DNA of 64,000 nucleotides from an uncultured Bacillales bacterium. GTDB lineage: Bacteria > Bacillota_I > Bacilli_A > RF39 > UBA660. The first letter of the stretch is position 1; each line of letters opens with the position of its first letter. The stretch covers positions 66,638-130,637 of the forward strand of contig CAMOID010000001.1 of assembly GCA_946615975.1 (NCBI GenBank), read 5' to 3'. Both the position numbers and the translations under genes were made by a program. The notes under the pieces were generated by a model. The model was not told where the DNA came from. It made no database searches and worked only from the letters and a program-made list of their open reading frames with translations. This document shows positions 40,391-51,047 of the stretch, one piece after another.

Positions 40391-42199
40391 ATGGATAAAA
40401 TCATAAATGTTGCAGTTGTTGCACACGTTGATGCTGGTAAAAGTACATTAGTTGATGCATTATTACAACAAAATGGTGCTTTTAATGAACATGATGAAAT
40501 TGTTGATCAAGTAATGGATTCAGATCAAATTGAAAGAGAAAGAGGTATCACAATTTATTCTAAAAACTGTGCTATTAGATATAAGGATTATAAAATTAAT
40601 ATTGTAGATACTCCAGGACATGCTGACTTCTCATCTGAAGTTGAAAGAATTATTAGAACTGTTGATACAGTTATTTTAATTGTTGACTCAGCTGAAGGTC
40701 CAATGCCTCAAACTAGATTCGTTTTATCTAAAGCATTAGAACAAAACTTAAAACCAGTATTATTTATAAATAAAATTGATAAGAAAGATGCAAGACCAGA
40801 AGAAGTTGTTAATGAAGTATTTGACTTATTTGTTGATTTAAATGCAAATGATGAACAATTAGATTTCCCAATTGTTTATGGTGTTGCTAGAGATGGTATT
40901 GCTACATTAGATTATCATGATTTAAGTACTAAGAGTATTGAACCATTATTAGATGTAGTATTAAATCAAGTTTCTGCTTATGAAGGAAATGAAAATGATG
41001 ATTTACAATTACAAGTTTCTTCATTAGCATATGATGAATATATTGGTAGATTAGGTATTGGTAGAATTACTAAAGGTAAAATTAAATCTGGTGAATTAGT
41101 TACATTATGTAAAAATGATGGTTCATTAGAAAGTTTTAAAGTATCTAAATTATTTGTTAATGAAGGATTAAATAGAGTAGAAAAAAATGAAGCATTCTAT
41201 GGTGATATTGTTACTGTAGCAGGATGTGCAGATATTTCTATTGGTGATACTATTTGTACAAAAGATAAACCAAATCCACTTCCACCTATTGAAATTGAAA
41301 CTCCAACTTTAAGTATGAACTTCTTAGTTAATGATGGTCCATTCGTTGGACAATCAGGTAAATTCTTAACATCAAGACATATTAAAGAAAGATTAGATAA
41401 AGAATTACAAACTAATGTAGGTTTAAGAGTAGAAGAATTACCTAATTCAGATGGTTATAAAGTTTCTGGTAGAGGTGAATTACATTTATCTATCTTACTT
41501 GAAAACATGAGAAGAGAAGGATATGAATTATGTGTATCTAAACCTCAAGTTTTATTTAAAGAAGAAAATGGTCAAAAACTTGAACCATTTGAACAAGTAA
41601 TAATTAATGTTCCTAATGATTATGCTTCTACAATTATTAGTGATATTCAAAATAGAAAAGGTTTATTAATGAGTATGACTACTACACCTGATAACTATAC
41701 TCACTTAACTTTTAGTGCTCCAACTAGAGGATTAATTGGTTATAGATCAGCATTCATCACTAATACTAAAGGTGAAGGTGTAATGGTTAGATCATTTGAA
41801 GGCTACAAACCATATGTTGGTGAATTACAAACACGTAAGAATGGTGTTTTAGTATCAATGGAAAATGGTAAGTCTTTAGGATTCTCATTATTCAACTTAC
41901 AAGATAGAGGTCAATTAATTGTTGGACCTGCTGTTGATATTTACCAAGGTATGATTGTTGGTATTCATTCAAGAGATAATGACTTAGATGTTAACCCATG
42001 TAAGAATAAACAATTAACTAATACTCGTGCTTCTGGCTCAGATGATGCTATTGCTTTAGTACCACCTAGAACATTCACATTAGAAGAAGCTTTAGAATTC
42101 ATCAATGATGATGAATATGTAGAAGTTACTCCTACTGATATTAGATTAAGAAAAGCTATTCTTAATCCAGATGAAAGAAGAAGAGCTAATAGAAAATAA
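40391..42199 (+). CDS. typA: Translational GTPase TypA/BipA (ATG 40391 after RBS aaggag; the ORF-track start is upstream)
   Basis: 'AHVDAGKST', 'DTPGHADF', 'NKIDK', EF-G-like domains. Confidence 0.95.
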   Translation: MDKIINVAVVAHVDAGKSTLVDALLQQNGAFNEHDEIVDQVMDSDQIERERGITIYSKNCAIRYKDYKINIVDTPGHADFSSEVERIIRTVDTVILIVDSAEGPMPQTRFVLSKALEQNLKPVLFINKIDKKDARPEEVVNEVFDLFVDLNANDEQLDFPIVYGVARDGIATLDYHDLSTKSIEPLLDVVLNQVSAYEGNENDDLQLQVSSLAYDEYIGRLGIGRITKGKIKSGELVTLCKNDGSLESFKVSKLFVNEGLNRVEKNEAFYGDIVTVAGCADISIGDTICTKDKPNPLPPIEIETPTLSMNFLVNDGPFVGQSGKFLTSRHIKERLDKELQTNVGLRVEELPNSDGYKVSGRGELHLSILLENMRREGYELCVSKPQVLFKEENGQKLEPFEQVIINVPNDYASTIISDIQNRKGLLMSMTTTPDNYTHLTFSAPTRGLIGYRSAFITNTKGEGVMVRSFEGYKPYVGELQTRKNGVLVSMENGKSLGFSLFNLQDRGQLIVGPAVDIYQGMIVGIHSRDNDLDVNPCKNKQLTNTRASGSDDAIALVPPRTFTLEEALEFINDDEYVEVTPTDIRLRKAILNPDERRRANRK

Positions 42200-42222
42200 A
42201 AAAAGAGACTTTTATGTCTCTT

Positions 42223-43506
42223 TTATTTTTGTGCTGATTGTAATAGTTCAGGTGGTATAGCTTCATTTGGATGATTATTAAATTCGTTTTCAATGAAACT
42301 AGTTTTTATTAATCTATCAAATGTAAATTCTGAACATACTAAGTCAAATTCACCAACATATTCATATATTTTAGCATTCCAATCTTTCTTGAATGCATTT
42401 AATCCATTATAATTTGATGTTTCATCATTAAATTTAGCTGTTACACCACCAATATCACAGAAATCAAAATATTGTTTATATCTTTCAAATATTGCATAGT
42501 GTAAGAAATGATTTGGATTTAAATATTTATAATTTGCATCAAATCCAGATGCTACTATAGATACACGATTAAATTGTTTAACTATTAATGCGCCAGCTAT
42601 TGTTACTTCACGATGTTCCTTTAATCCTTCAGTTGCTTTAATAACATCAGCTTTATAACCTTGTAATTTTTGATCTGAATTCATTTTTCCATTTAAATTA
42701 GATTTTTTAGGATCTAATCTAATTTTATCATTCCATAGATCATTCCATTCAAGTTCTCTTTCATATTTATCTTTAACGAATTGTAAGTATTTGTTAAAAT
42801 CTACTTTTACAAATACTAAATCAATTGAGTTATCTTGATTAAATACATTATAGAAGTCACGGTAGAATTCTATAGATTTATTAGTTTTACCTTTAAGTAA
42901 TGGATATAATTCATCAACATCTTTGTATGTACCAACTGTTAATGATAAACCATTTCCTAAACATCTTTTAATTTTCTTTCTATAATTTCTATTAATAGTA
43001 TATAAATTAGTAGCTTTTAAATTAATAAATGCATTATATTTAGGTTCCATTAAATCGAATTCTCTAACTTCTAATCTACGTTTTACTTTTAATGCTTTTA
43101 ATGTATCTATTATTCTTACATTACCATTGTAAGAGATTTGCCATTTTTCTGCTTTAGAAGTAGATCCTGTAATTATTTCAGGATTAAATTTTATAAATAT
43201 AAAGTTTTGTTTTTTATAATAAGCTTTTAATTCTTTTAAGAATGTTTGTAATGTATCTCCATCATAATAATTTAAAAGGAATCCTTTTGGAGCATATCCA
43301 TATCTAGTATTACCAGTTATTTTTCTTTTAAGTATTACAGAGGCTGCAACTATTTGACCATTATCATCTTTTAAACCAATAAGATCATAGTCATATCCAT
43401 GATTAGTCATTAATCTAGCATATTTAGATGATTGTTGATAATTATTAAGTGGATGATATTTAGCAAATTCATCAAATTCGCCTGGTGTTAATGTTACTAA
43501 TTTCAT
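42223..43506 (-). CDS. FemAB/MurM-family peptidoglycan interpeptide aminoacyltransferase
   Basis: 427 aa; N-terminal 'FDEFAKYHPLNNYQQSSKYA' and two GNAT-like halves with a central coiled-coil insertion, typical of FemABX. Confidence 0.8.
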   Translation of the reverse strand: MKLVTLTPGEFDEFAKYHPLNNYQQSSKYARLMTNHGYDYDLIGLKDDNGQIVAASVILKRKITGNTRYGYAPKGFLLNYYDGDTLQTFLKELKAYYKKQNFIFIKFNPEIITGSTSKAEKWQISYNGNVRIIDTLKALKVKRRLEVREFDLMEPKYNAFINLKATNLYTINRNYRKKIKRCLGNGLSLTVGTYKDVDELYPLLKGKTNKSIEFYRDFYNVFNQDNSIDLVFVKVDFNKYLQFVKDKYERELEWNDLWNDKIRLDPKKSNLNGKMNSDQKLQGYKADVIKATEGLKEHREVTIAGALIVKQFNRVSIVASGFDANYKYLNPNHFLHYAIFERYKQYFDFCDIGGVTAKFNDETSNYNGLNAFKKDWNAKIYEYVGEFDLVCSEFTFDRLIKTSFIENEFNNHPNEAIPPELLQSAQK

Positions 43507-43680
43507 GTTATCGCCTCCTTCTTATTCTTTCTATATTATATCATAAAAAATATTATAAATAAGTATTAATCTTTGTATTGATTTAGTTTTACATATAAAT
43601 TATACTATTTACTATATTTATTAAATGTCTATTTTTCTTGATATTTATGTATGTTTATGTTAAATTATTAAAGAAATCGG

Positions 43681-43920
43681 GTGATTATGATGGCAGAAAT
43701 TTTAGAAATGGCATTAATAGTAATATCTGTTTTACTAATAGCTTTAGTATTATTACAAAGTAATAAAGCTCAAGCTGGTGGACAAATTATTACAGGTGGT
43801 AATCAAGAATTATTCTCTAACATAAAAGAAAGAGGATCTGAATTAGTAATAAGTAGAATAACATTGATTTTAGGTATTTCATTCTTTGTTATTTCGTTAG
43901 TTTTATACTTATTTTACTAG
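43681..43920 (+). CDS. secG: Preprotein translocase subunit SecG (likely start ATG 43687 or 43690)
   Basis: Two TM segments and 'VLLQSNKAQAGG'; secG-rnr-smpB synteny. Confidence 0.85.
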   Translation: MIMMAEILEMALIVISVLLIALVLLQSNKAQAGGQIITGGNQELFSNIKERGSELVISRITLILGISFFVISLVLYLFY

Positions 43921-43989
43921 TGTTATATTTACAATGAGAAGTACATGAAAATGTACTTTTTTTATTAAACAATGCTATAATTAGAATAG

Positions 43990-46164
43990 GTGATTATGAT
44001 GAAAGAGAGACTTTTAGAATTATTACAAAATGAATATAGTGCATTAGATGTGATGACTATTGCAGATAAACTTGGATTAAAGACACCAGAAGAAGTTTCT
44101 AATCTACAAACAGTATTAGAAGAATGTCAAAAAGAATTTACTGTTTATTTAACAAAAAAGAATAAATATATTTTATATGTTAATTGTCCTAACTTTAGAA
44201 AGGGTGTAATATCTGTTAATAAAAAAGGATTTGGTTTCTTAATTAATACTACACCTGGTGAAGAAGATATTCATATATCTGCGGATAATTTAAATAAAGC
44301 ATTAGATGATGACTATGTTTTAGTAGAAGTAATTGATGAATCTAAATGGGAAGGTAAAGTTATTTCTATTTTAAAAAGAGATAAAAAGAATATAGTTGGT
44401 GAAATAAAAAACGAAAAAGGAAAACTATATTTTGCACCTTTAGATCCAAGAGCAGGATTAGTTAAAGTTCCACAAGATCAAATTGATAATTGTGTTGAAG
44501 GTGAAATAGTATGTGTTAAATTATCTTCTGATTTAAAGAAGTGTAATGCAGATATAGTTGAACATCTTGGACATAAAGATGATGCAGGGATGGATGTATT
44601 AGCAGAATGTGCTAAATATGATATATTTGATAAGTTCCCTGATGAAGCTATGCAACAAACTGAAGAAATACCTACAGAAGTAGAAGAAAAAGATAGAGTA
44701 GGAAGAAAAGATTTAACTAATGAAATGATATTTACTATCGATGGTGCTGATACTAAAGATATTGATGATGCTATTTCATTAGAAGTAAAAGATGGATATT
44801 ATTATTTAGGAGTACATATTGCTGATGTTTCTTATTATGTAACTGAAGGATCTCCTTTAGATAAAGAAGCATTAAGAAGAGGTACATCTACTTATCCAGC
44901 TAATTATGTTATTCCACAATTACCACATAAATTATCAAATGGTATTTGTTCATTAAATGAAGGTGTGGATAGATGTGCTATTTCATGTGTAATGAAAATA
45001 GATTCAAGAGGAAGAACAGTGTCATCTGATATTTTCCCATCTATTATTAGATCTAATAAGAAAATGACTTATACAAATGTTAATGAAATTATAGAAAAAG
45101 ATAATATTCCAGAAGGATATGAACCTTTTGCTGAAACATTAAAATCAATGCAAGAATTAGCTCATATCATTAGAAATGATAGAACTCGAAGAGGCGCATC
45201 TGATTTTGATATAGATGAATCTAAAGTAGTATGTGATGAAAATGGTAAACCAATTGAAATCAGCACTAGAGTTAGAGGAGAAGGCGAAAGATTAATTGAA
45301 GACTTCATGATTGCTGCTAATGAAGCTGTAGCTACTACTATTTATTACATGCAATTACCTGGTATATATCGTGTTCACGATGTACCAAATGAAGAAAAAC
45401 TTCAAGATTTTATTCATTTCTGTGAATTAAATGGTCAACATTTAACAGGAATGAAGACAGTTAATCCAAGAGAATATCAAAAATTATTAAATCAATTACA
45501 TGTTGATGATGATAAATTAGCTCAAATATTTAAATCAAAAGCTGTTAGAGCTATGGCTAAAGCAGTATATTCAACAGATAATATTGGACACTTCGGTTTA
45601 GCAAGTAAATGTTATACACATTTTACTTCACCAATTAGAAGATATCCTGACTTAGAAACTCATAGATTATTAAGAACATATTTATTTGAACATAAATTAG
45701 ATGAAAGAACTATTAATTATTATGGCTCACATCTTGATGAAATTTGCCAACAATCTTCTGATAGAGAACAAGCATCTGCAAAAGCCGAAAGAGAAGTTAA
45801 TAAGATGAAGATGGCAGAATATATGGAAGATCATATTGGTGAAGAATTCCAAGTTATGGTTACTGATGTAACTGGAACTGGTATGTTCTGCGCTATTGAT
45901 AATGGTATTGAAGGATTTGTTCCTGTTCAATCATTAAAAGGTGATTATTTCGAATATGTAGAAGATCTTATGTGTTTAATGGGTAAGAGTACTAAGAAAA
46001 GATATAGCATAGGTGACAGATTATTCGTTAAATGTACTAGAGCTTCTAAAGAAGATAAACAAATAGATTTTGAACTAGTAAAAGATTTAGAATTAGATAA
46101 TAATCAAGAAGAATTAGAGGACGCTAAAAAATTAACATTAAATAATGGTAGAAGTAAAAAATAA
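43990..46164 (+). CDS. rnr: Ribonuclease R (likely start ATG 43996 or 43999)
   Basis: CSD region, '[16 protein letters not shown]', '[21 protein letters not shown]', C-terminal S1 domain and a basic tail. Confidence 0.94.
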   Translation: MIMMKERLLELLQNEYSALDVMTIADKLGLKTPEEVSNLQTVLEECQKEFTVYLTKKNKYILYVNCPNFRKGVISVNKKGFGFLINTTPGEEDIHISADNLNKALDDDYVLVEVIDESKWEGKVISILKRDKKNIVGEIKNEKGKLYFAPLDPRAGLVKVPQDQIDNCVEGEIVCVKLSSDLKKCNADIVEHLGHKDDAGMDVLAECAKYDIFDKFPDEAMQQTEEIPTEVEEKDRVGRKDLTNEMIFTIDGADTKDIDDAISLEVKDGYYYLGVHIADVSYYVTEGSPLDKEALRRGTSTYPANYVIPQLPHKLSNGICSLNEGVDRCAISCVMKIDSRGRTVSSDIFPSIIRSNKKMTYTNVNEIIEKDNIPEGYEPFAETLKSMQELAHIIRNDRTRRGASDFDIDESKVVCDENGKPIEISTRVRGEGERLIEDFMIAANEAVATTIYYMQLPGIYRVHDVPNEEKLQDFIHFCELNGQHLTGMKTVNPREYQKLLNQLHVDDDKLAQIFKSKAVRAMAKAVYSTDNIGHFGLASKCYTHFTSPIRRYPDLETHRLLRTYLFEHKLDERTINYYGSHLDEICQQSSDREQASAKAEREVNKMKMAEYMEDHIGEEFQVMVTDVTGTGMFCAIDNGIEGFVPVQSLKGDYFEYVEDLMCLMGKSTKKRYSIGDRLFVKCTRASKEDKQIDFELVKDLELDNNQEELEDAKKLTLNNGRSKK

Positions 46165-46576
46165 AAAAGCATACTTTGATTATTTTATAGAAGAAGAGTA
46201 TGAATGTGGAATTGTACTTAAAGGCACAGAAATTAAATCTATCAGAAAGGGTAGCGTTGATTTAAAAGATACTTTTGCTAGAGTTAAAAATGGTGAAATA
46301 TATGTTATAAACATGTATATTGCTAAATATGATGAAGGTAATAGATTTAATCATGATGAAAGAAGAGAAAGAAAACTATTACTTCATAAAAAAGAAATAA
46401 ATAAAATATTTGATATAGTTAAACAAACTGGTAAAACTTTAGTACCTTTAAAATTATATTTTAAAGATGATAAAGTAAAGATTCTTTTAGGTATATGTAC
46501 TGGTAAAAAGTTATATGATAAGAGGGAATCTATAAAAGAAAGAGATTTAGCTAGAGAAAAAAGAGATTTATATTAA
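46145..46576 (+). CDS. smpB: SsrA-binding protein
   Basis: '[29 protein letters not shown]', C-terminal basic tail; overlaps rnr by 20 nt. Confidence 0.95.
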   Translation: MVEVKNKKAYFDYFIEEEYECGIVLKGTEIKSIRKGSVDLKDTFARVKNGEIYVINMYIAKYDEGNRFNHDERRERKLLLHKKEINKIFDIVKQTGKTLVPLKLYFKDDKVKILLGICTGKKLYDKRESIKERDLAREKRDLY

Positions 46577-46657
46577 AAATCTCTTTTTTATATACTTTAA
46601 TATACCTTTTTGTACTTTCGTGTATGTTAATTTATTCTTCGGAAAGGAGGAATAAGT

Positions 46658-46864
46658 GTGATAGGTATAGTAAAGTGGTTTAATAATGATAAAGGGTATG
46701 GATTTATTAGTTATGATAATAAAGAAGTATTTGTTCATTATTCCCAAATAGTAGATTCAGGTTTTAAGACATTAATACCTGGAAGTGAAGTTAAATTTGA
46801 ACTATTAGATACTACTAAAGGATATCAAGCAAAGTCTGTAAAAATAATTCCTGCAAATGCATAA
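46658..46864 (+). CDS. Cold-shock protein (CspA family, GTG start)
   Basis: RNP1 'KGYGFI' and RNP2-like 'VFVHY'; 68 aa; RBS 'aaggagg'. Confidence 0.92.
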   Translation: MIGIVKWFNNDKGYGFISYDNKEVFVHYSQIVDSGFKTLIPGSEVKFELLDTTKGYQAKSVKIIPANA

Positions 46865-46917
46865 TTATATTGCAAAAATGAGTATTTGTGATATAGTACA
46901 AGTAGGAGGCTGATGTT

Positions 46918-47448
46918 ATGAATATTAATATTCGTGGCGACAAGATTGAAGTAACTGATTCAATCAAAAAATATGTGGGAGAAAAACTTGAGAGACTTAA
47001 TAAGTATTTCGAAGATGCAAGTAAAGTTGATGCTCATGTTTTAATTAGAGCAAGAAATGGTGAACAAATTATTGAAGTAACTGTTCCAACATCTAGATAT
47101 ACATTAAGAGCTGAAGAAAAACATAGCGACCTATATGCTGCTATTGATTTAGTAGTAGATGTACTAGAAAGACAAATAAGAAAGAATAAAACAAAATTAA
47201 ATAAACGTAGAGATGCTGCTGATGTAGTATTTAGCTTTATTCCTGAAGAAGATGAAGAATATGTTGAAACTAATCAAGTAGTTAAAAGAAAAACTGTTGA
47301 AAATAAACCTATGAGTGAAGAAGAAGCTATTCTTCAAATGGAATTACTAGATCACGACTTTTTCTTATATAATGACGTAGACGAAGGATGTTTTGCTGTT
47401 ATTTATAAGAGAAAAGACGGAAATTACGGAATTATTTATTCTAAGTAA
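46918..47448 (+). CDS. hpf: Ribosome hibernation promoting factor (long form)
   Basis: S30AE N-terminal domain plus C-terminal dimerisation domain 'KPMSEEEAILQMELLDHDFFLYND'. Confidence 0.93.
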   Translation: MNINIRGDKIEVTDSIKKYVGEKLERLNKYFEDASKVDAHVLIRARNGEQIIEVTVPTSRYTLRAEEKHSDLYAAIDLVVDVLERQIRKNKTKLNKRRDAADVVFSFIPEEDEEYVETNQVVKRKTVENKPMSEEEAILQMELLDHDFFLYNDVDEGCFAVIYKRKDGNYGIIYSK

Positions 47449-47566
47449 TAAAAAAGAGATTATAAATCTCTTTTTTTATGGTATAATTTAACTAGTATGT
47501 ATTGATTTTTCTACCATATTAATAAGGGGTATGATAGAATAATATATACATTTGGAGGTTTTATAG

Positions 47567-50074
47567 ATGGGATTAATTAAAAGATTATTTGACAGCGAAT
47601 ATAAAGAACTTAGCAAATTTAAAAAAATTGCTGATAAAATTGAAGCCTTAGACGAAGAATATCAAAAGAAATCAGATAAAGATTTAGCAGCTATGACTGA
47701 CATATTAAGAGAAGAATTAGCTAATGGTAAAACTATAAATGATGAAGATATTATTGTTAGAGCTTTTGCAACAATCAGAGAGGTTGCATACAGACAAATT
47801 GGTGAAAAACCTTACTATGTTCAATTACTTGGTGGTTTAGCATTACATTATGGTAATATCGCAGAAATGAAAACAGGTGAAGGTAAAACTTTAACTACTA
47901 TTCTTCCTGCATATTTAAATGCATTAGCTGGTAACGGTGTTCATGTTGTTACAGTTAATGAATACTTAACTGATCGTAATGCTGAATGGATGGGACCAAT
48001 TTATAAATTCTTAGGTTTAACTGTTGGTGTTAACTTAAGAGAATTATCACCAGAACAAAAGAGAGAAGTTTATAACTGTGATATAACTTATTCTACAAAC
48101 TCTGAATTAGGTTTTGACTACTTAAGAGATAATATGGTAGTTAATAAAGAAGATAGAGTTCAAAGAGGATTAAATTATATTATCTTAGACGAAGTAGATT
48201 CAATTCTTATTGATGAAGCAAGAACTCCATTAATTATAAGTGGTGGTAAATTTAATTCTGCTAATCTTTATAAAGATGCAGATAAAGCTGTTAAAACATT
48301 AGAAGCTGAAGTTGATTATACTGTTGATCTTAAAACTAAATCAGTTATTTTAACTGAAGAAGGTTCTAAGAAAATGGAAAAATACTTCAAGTTAAAAAAT
48401 TTATATGATGCAGATAATACAATTTTAATTCACCATATTAATCAAGCTTTAAAAGCTAATTATGGTATGGCAATAGATGTTGATTATGTAGTATCTCAAG
48501 ATGGTAAAGTTGTTATAGTTGATCAATTTACTGGACGTTTAATGGAAGGTAGACAATTTAGTGATGGATTACATCAAGCTCTTGAAGCTAAAGAAGGTGT
48601 AGAAATCAATGAAGAAACTAGAACAATGGCTACTATTACATATCAAAATTTATTTAGAATGTATAACAAGATTTCAGGTATGACTGGTACTGCTAAAACT
48701 GAAGAAGAAGAATTTAGAGATATTTATAACATGTATGTTATTCAAATACCTACTAATAAACCTTGTATCAGAAAAGATATGGCAGATATCATGTATGCTA
48801 CAGAAGCTGGTAAGTTTAGAGCTATAGTTGAATTTATTAAACAAGTTCATGCTACTGGACAACCAATTCTAGTTGGTACAATTTCAGTTGAAAACAACGA
48901 AAAATTATCAAAGATGTTAACAAAAGCTAACTTAAAGCATGAAGTATTAAATGCTAAGAATCATGCAAGAGAAGCTGAAATAATTGCTAAGGCTGGTCAA
49001 AAAGGTGCAATTACTATTGCAACTAACATGGCTGGTCGTGGTACAGATATTAAGCTTGGACCTGGTGTTGCAGAACTAGGTGGTTTATGTGTAATCGGTA
49101 CTGAAAGACATGAATCAAGACGTATTGATAACCAATTACGTGGTCGTGCTGGTAGACAAGGTGACCCTGGTTATTCTCAATTCTTTATTTCATTTGAAGA
49201 TGAATTAATGAAACGTTTTGGTGCAGATAGAATAAAAAATACTGTTGCTGCTCTTGGATTAGATGATATGCAACAAGTTAGATCAAAGATGTTCTCAAAA
49301 TCAGTTGAATCAGCTCAAAAGAAAGTTGAAGGAAACAACTATGATATGCGTAAGAACTTACTTGATTATGATAATATCGTATCTGAACAAAGAAAAACAA
49401 TTTATGCAAGACGTAATAATATATTAGATGCTGAAGATGTTCATCCATTGATTATTGATATGATTAAGAATTTCATTGATATATTAATTGAAGAACATAT
49501 TGCACCTGAAGGATATTTAACAGATGCTGACTTAGATGATATTTTAGATGTTACTAACCATCAATTATTAAGAAAATCTAAAATTCATTTAGATGAATTA
49601 TCTGGAAAGAAAGAATCTGAAGTATTCGATATTATTTCGGAAAAAGTAATTGAAGAATATGAAGAAAAGATTTCTATTGCTCCTAAAGAATTAGTAGATG
49701 ATTTCGAAAGACATATTACTTTAAGAGTAATGGATGAAGCTTGGGTTAAACATATTTCTGATATGGATATGTTAAGAGAAGGAATTGGATTAAGAGGATA
49801 TTCTCAATCTGATCCATTACAAGCTTATGCATTAGAAGGTCATAAGATGTTCGAAGAAATGCAAGATAACATTGATAGATCTGTAGCTATCTTCTGTGCA
49901 AGAATGGAAGTTAGACAAAATTTTGCTGCTAGACCTGTAACAAAAGCAGAAGGACAAACTGATGGTAAAGAAGCTGCAAAGAAGAAACCAACAGTTAAAG
50001 GAAACAAGATTAAACGTAATGATCCATGTCCATGTGGCAGTGGTAAAAAATATAAACAATGTTGTGGTAAATAG
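47567..50074 (+). CDS. secA: Preprotein translocase ATPase SecA
   Basis: 'MKTGEGKTL', 'DEVDSILIDEARTPLIISG', 'TNMAGRGTDI', C-terminal zinc motif 'CPCGSGKKYKQCCGK'. Confidence 0.98.
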   Translation: MGLIKRLFDSEYKELSKFKKIADKIEALDEEYQKKSDKDLAAMTDILREELANGKTINDEDIIVRAFATIREVAYRQIGEKPYYVQLLGGLALHYGNIAEMKTGEGKTLTTILPAYLNALAGNGVHVVTVNEYLTDRNAEWMGPIYKFLGLTVGVNLRELSPEQKREVYNCDITYSTNSELGFDYLRDNMVVNKEDRVQRGLNYIILDEVDSILIDEARTPLIISGGKFNSANLYKDADKAVKTLEAEVDYTVDLKTKSVILTEEGSKKMEKYFKLKNLYDADNTILIHHINQALKANYGMAIDVDYVVSQDGKVVIVDQFTGRLMEGRQFSDGLHQALEAKEGVEINEETRTMATITYQNLFRMYNKISGMTGTAKTEEEEFRDIYNMYVIQIPTNKPCIRKDMADIMYATEAGKFRAIVEFIKQVHATGQPILVGTISVENNEKLSKMLTKANLKHEVLNAKNHAREAEIIAKAGQKGAITIATNMAGRGTDIKLGPGVAELGGLCVIGTERHESRRIDNQLRGRAGRQGDPGYSQFFISFEDELMKRFGADRIKNTVAALGLDDMQQVRSKMFSKSVESAQKKVEGNNYDMRKNLLDYDNIVSEQRKTIYARRNNILDAEDVHPLIIDMIKNFIDILIEEHIAPEGYLTDADLDDILDVTNHQLLRKSKIHLDELSGKKESEVFDIISEKVIEEYEEKISIAPKELVDDFERHITLRVMDEAWVKHISDMDMLREGIGLRGYSQSDPLQAYALEGHKMFEEMQDNIDRSVAIFCARMEVRQNFAARPVTKAEGQTDGKEAAKKKPTVKGNKIKRNDPCPCGSGKKYKQCCGK

Positions 50075-50120
50075 TCATTTAACCAAATAAATATAAGGGC
50101 TTTAGAGAAAATACCAAATT

Positions 50121-50176
50121 ACGAAAAGTTGCAATTTATTGCAATTTTTTTGTTTTAGATACAGTTTAGATACAGT
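50121..50176 (+). repeat. Left copy of an about 56-bp direct repeat bracketing the NUDIX gene
   Basis: acgaaaagTTGCAATttaTTGCAATttttttgTTTTAGATACAGTTTAGATACAGT. It contains internal tandem TTGCAAT x2 and TAGATACAG x2. The partner copy is at 50839-50897. Confidence 0.7.
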
Positions 50177-50222
50177 AAAATTATTTAAATTTACCATTGC
50201 CTCACAGATAAGGAAAATTATA

Positions 50223-50231
50223 TGGTATAAT
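50223..50231 (+). promoter_or_regulatory. Extended -10 (TGgTATAAT) for the NUDIX gene
   Basis: Exact TGnTATAAT 20 nt upstream of the start codon. Confidence 0.5.
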
Positions 50232-50250
50232 AATTCTAGGAGTTGATATA

Positions 50251-50832
50251 ATGGACTTTAAAAAAATGAGAGAATATACTCACGAAGAATTTGTAAATTT
50301 GATATTAAGCTTGGATGAACAACAATTATTGGAGTTAAGTGCTAAATATGGTGGTTACCCTGTTCTATTTAGAATGGCTTTAGATGATAGAATTAGTCAC
50401 ATACCATTTATTCAAACAGGAGCGGCTATTATTATAAGAAATGAAAATGGTCAAATTCTTTTACAAGAAAGAACTGATAGAGATAAATGGGGGCTTCCTG
50501 GTGGATGCCAAGATTTAGGAGAAGATTTAAGAATCACTGCAGTAAGGGAAGCTTTTGAAGAAACAGGAATTAAACTTGATCCTAATGAAATTGAATTAAT
50601 TGATACTTTATCTGGTGAATCTAGAAAGAATAGTTATCCGAATGGAGATATTGTCTATAATAATACATCATTATATTTAGCTGATGTGTCAATGGAAGAT
50701 GCTTCTAATTTAAAAGGCGATTCTGAAACTAAGAGATTAAGATTCTTTAATCCTGAAGAAGTACCTGAAAATTTAATGGATGCAGATTTAATAAAATCAT
50801 ATATTAGTTATATGAATAAAAGACATAAATAA
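50251..50832 (+). CDS. NUDIX hydrolase
   Basis: Nudix box 'GCQDLGEDLRITAVREAFEETGI' (Gx5Ex7REUxEExGU). Confidence 0.88.
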   Translation: MDFKKMREYTHEEFVNLILSLDEQQLLELSAKYGGYPVLFRMALDDRISHIPFIQTGAAIIIRNENGQILLQERTDRDKWGLPGGCQDLGEDLRITAVREAFEETGIKLDPNEIELIDTLSGESRKNSYPNGDIVYNNTSLYLADVSMEDASNLKGDSETKRLRFFNPEEVPENLMDADLIKSYISYMNKRHK

Positions 50833-50838
50833 GAACTT

Positions 50839-50897
50839 ACATAAAAGTTGTAAAAAATTGCAATAATCCAATTTTAGATACAGTTTTAGATACAGTT
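50839..50897 (+). repeat. Right copy of the direct repeat bracketing the NUDIX gene
   Basis: acataaaagTTGTAAAaaaTTGCAATaatccaaTTTTAGATACAGTTTTAGATACAGT; about 80% identical to 50121-50176. Confidence 0.7.
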
Positions 50898-51001
50898 TGC
50901 CGTTGAAGCCGAGTGAAATAGCGTGAAGCTAAGTGAAAAATATTCAATAAATTCAAGGGTTTTATGAAATCAAGTGGAGCCAAACAGAGCAATTTTTTTA
51001 T

Positions 51002-51046
51002 CCATGTGGTAGCGGAAAAAAATACAAACAATGTTGTGGTAAATAA
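51002..51046 (+). pseudogene. Orphan duplicate of the last 14 codons plus stop of secA (PCGSGKKYKQCCGK*)
   Basis: The 45 nt align with secA 50030-50074 with 5 mismatches, all synonymous third positions (ggc/ggt, agt/agc, ggt/gga, tat/tac, tag/taa). The upstream in-frame sequence has no SecA similarity and hits a stop at 50948. Confidence 0.8.
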
Positions 51047-51047
51047 A

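Noticed and set aside
50086-50112. Weak similarity between aataaatataagggctttagagaaa (after secA) and aataaattcaagggttttatgaaat (50946-50970), suggesting a third, permuted repeat
   Set aside because: Only about 18 of 25 positions are identical in AT-rich DNA, and its order relative to the other repeats is inverted. It cannot be distinguished from chance without statistics.
50837-51031. 64-aa ORF on the - strand between the NUDIX and CDF genes
   Set aside because: It runs antisense across the right direct repeat and the orphan secA 3' fragment. It has no RBS, and the region is better explained as an insertion scar.
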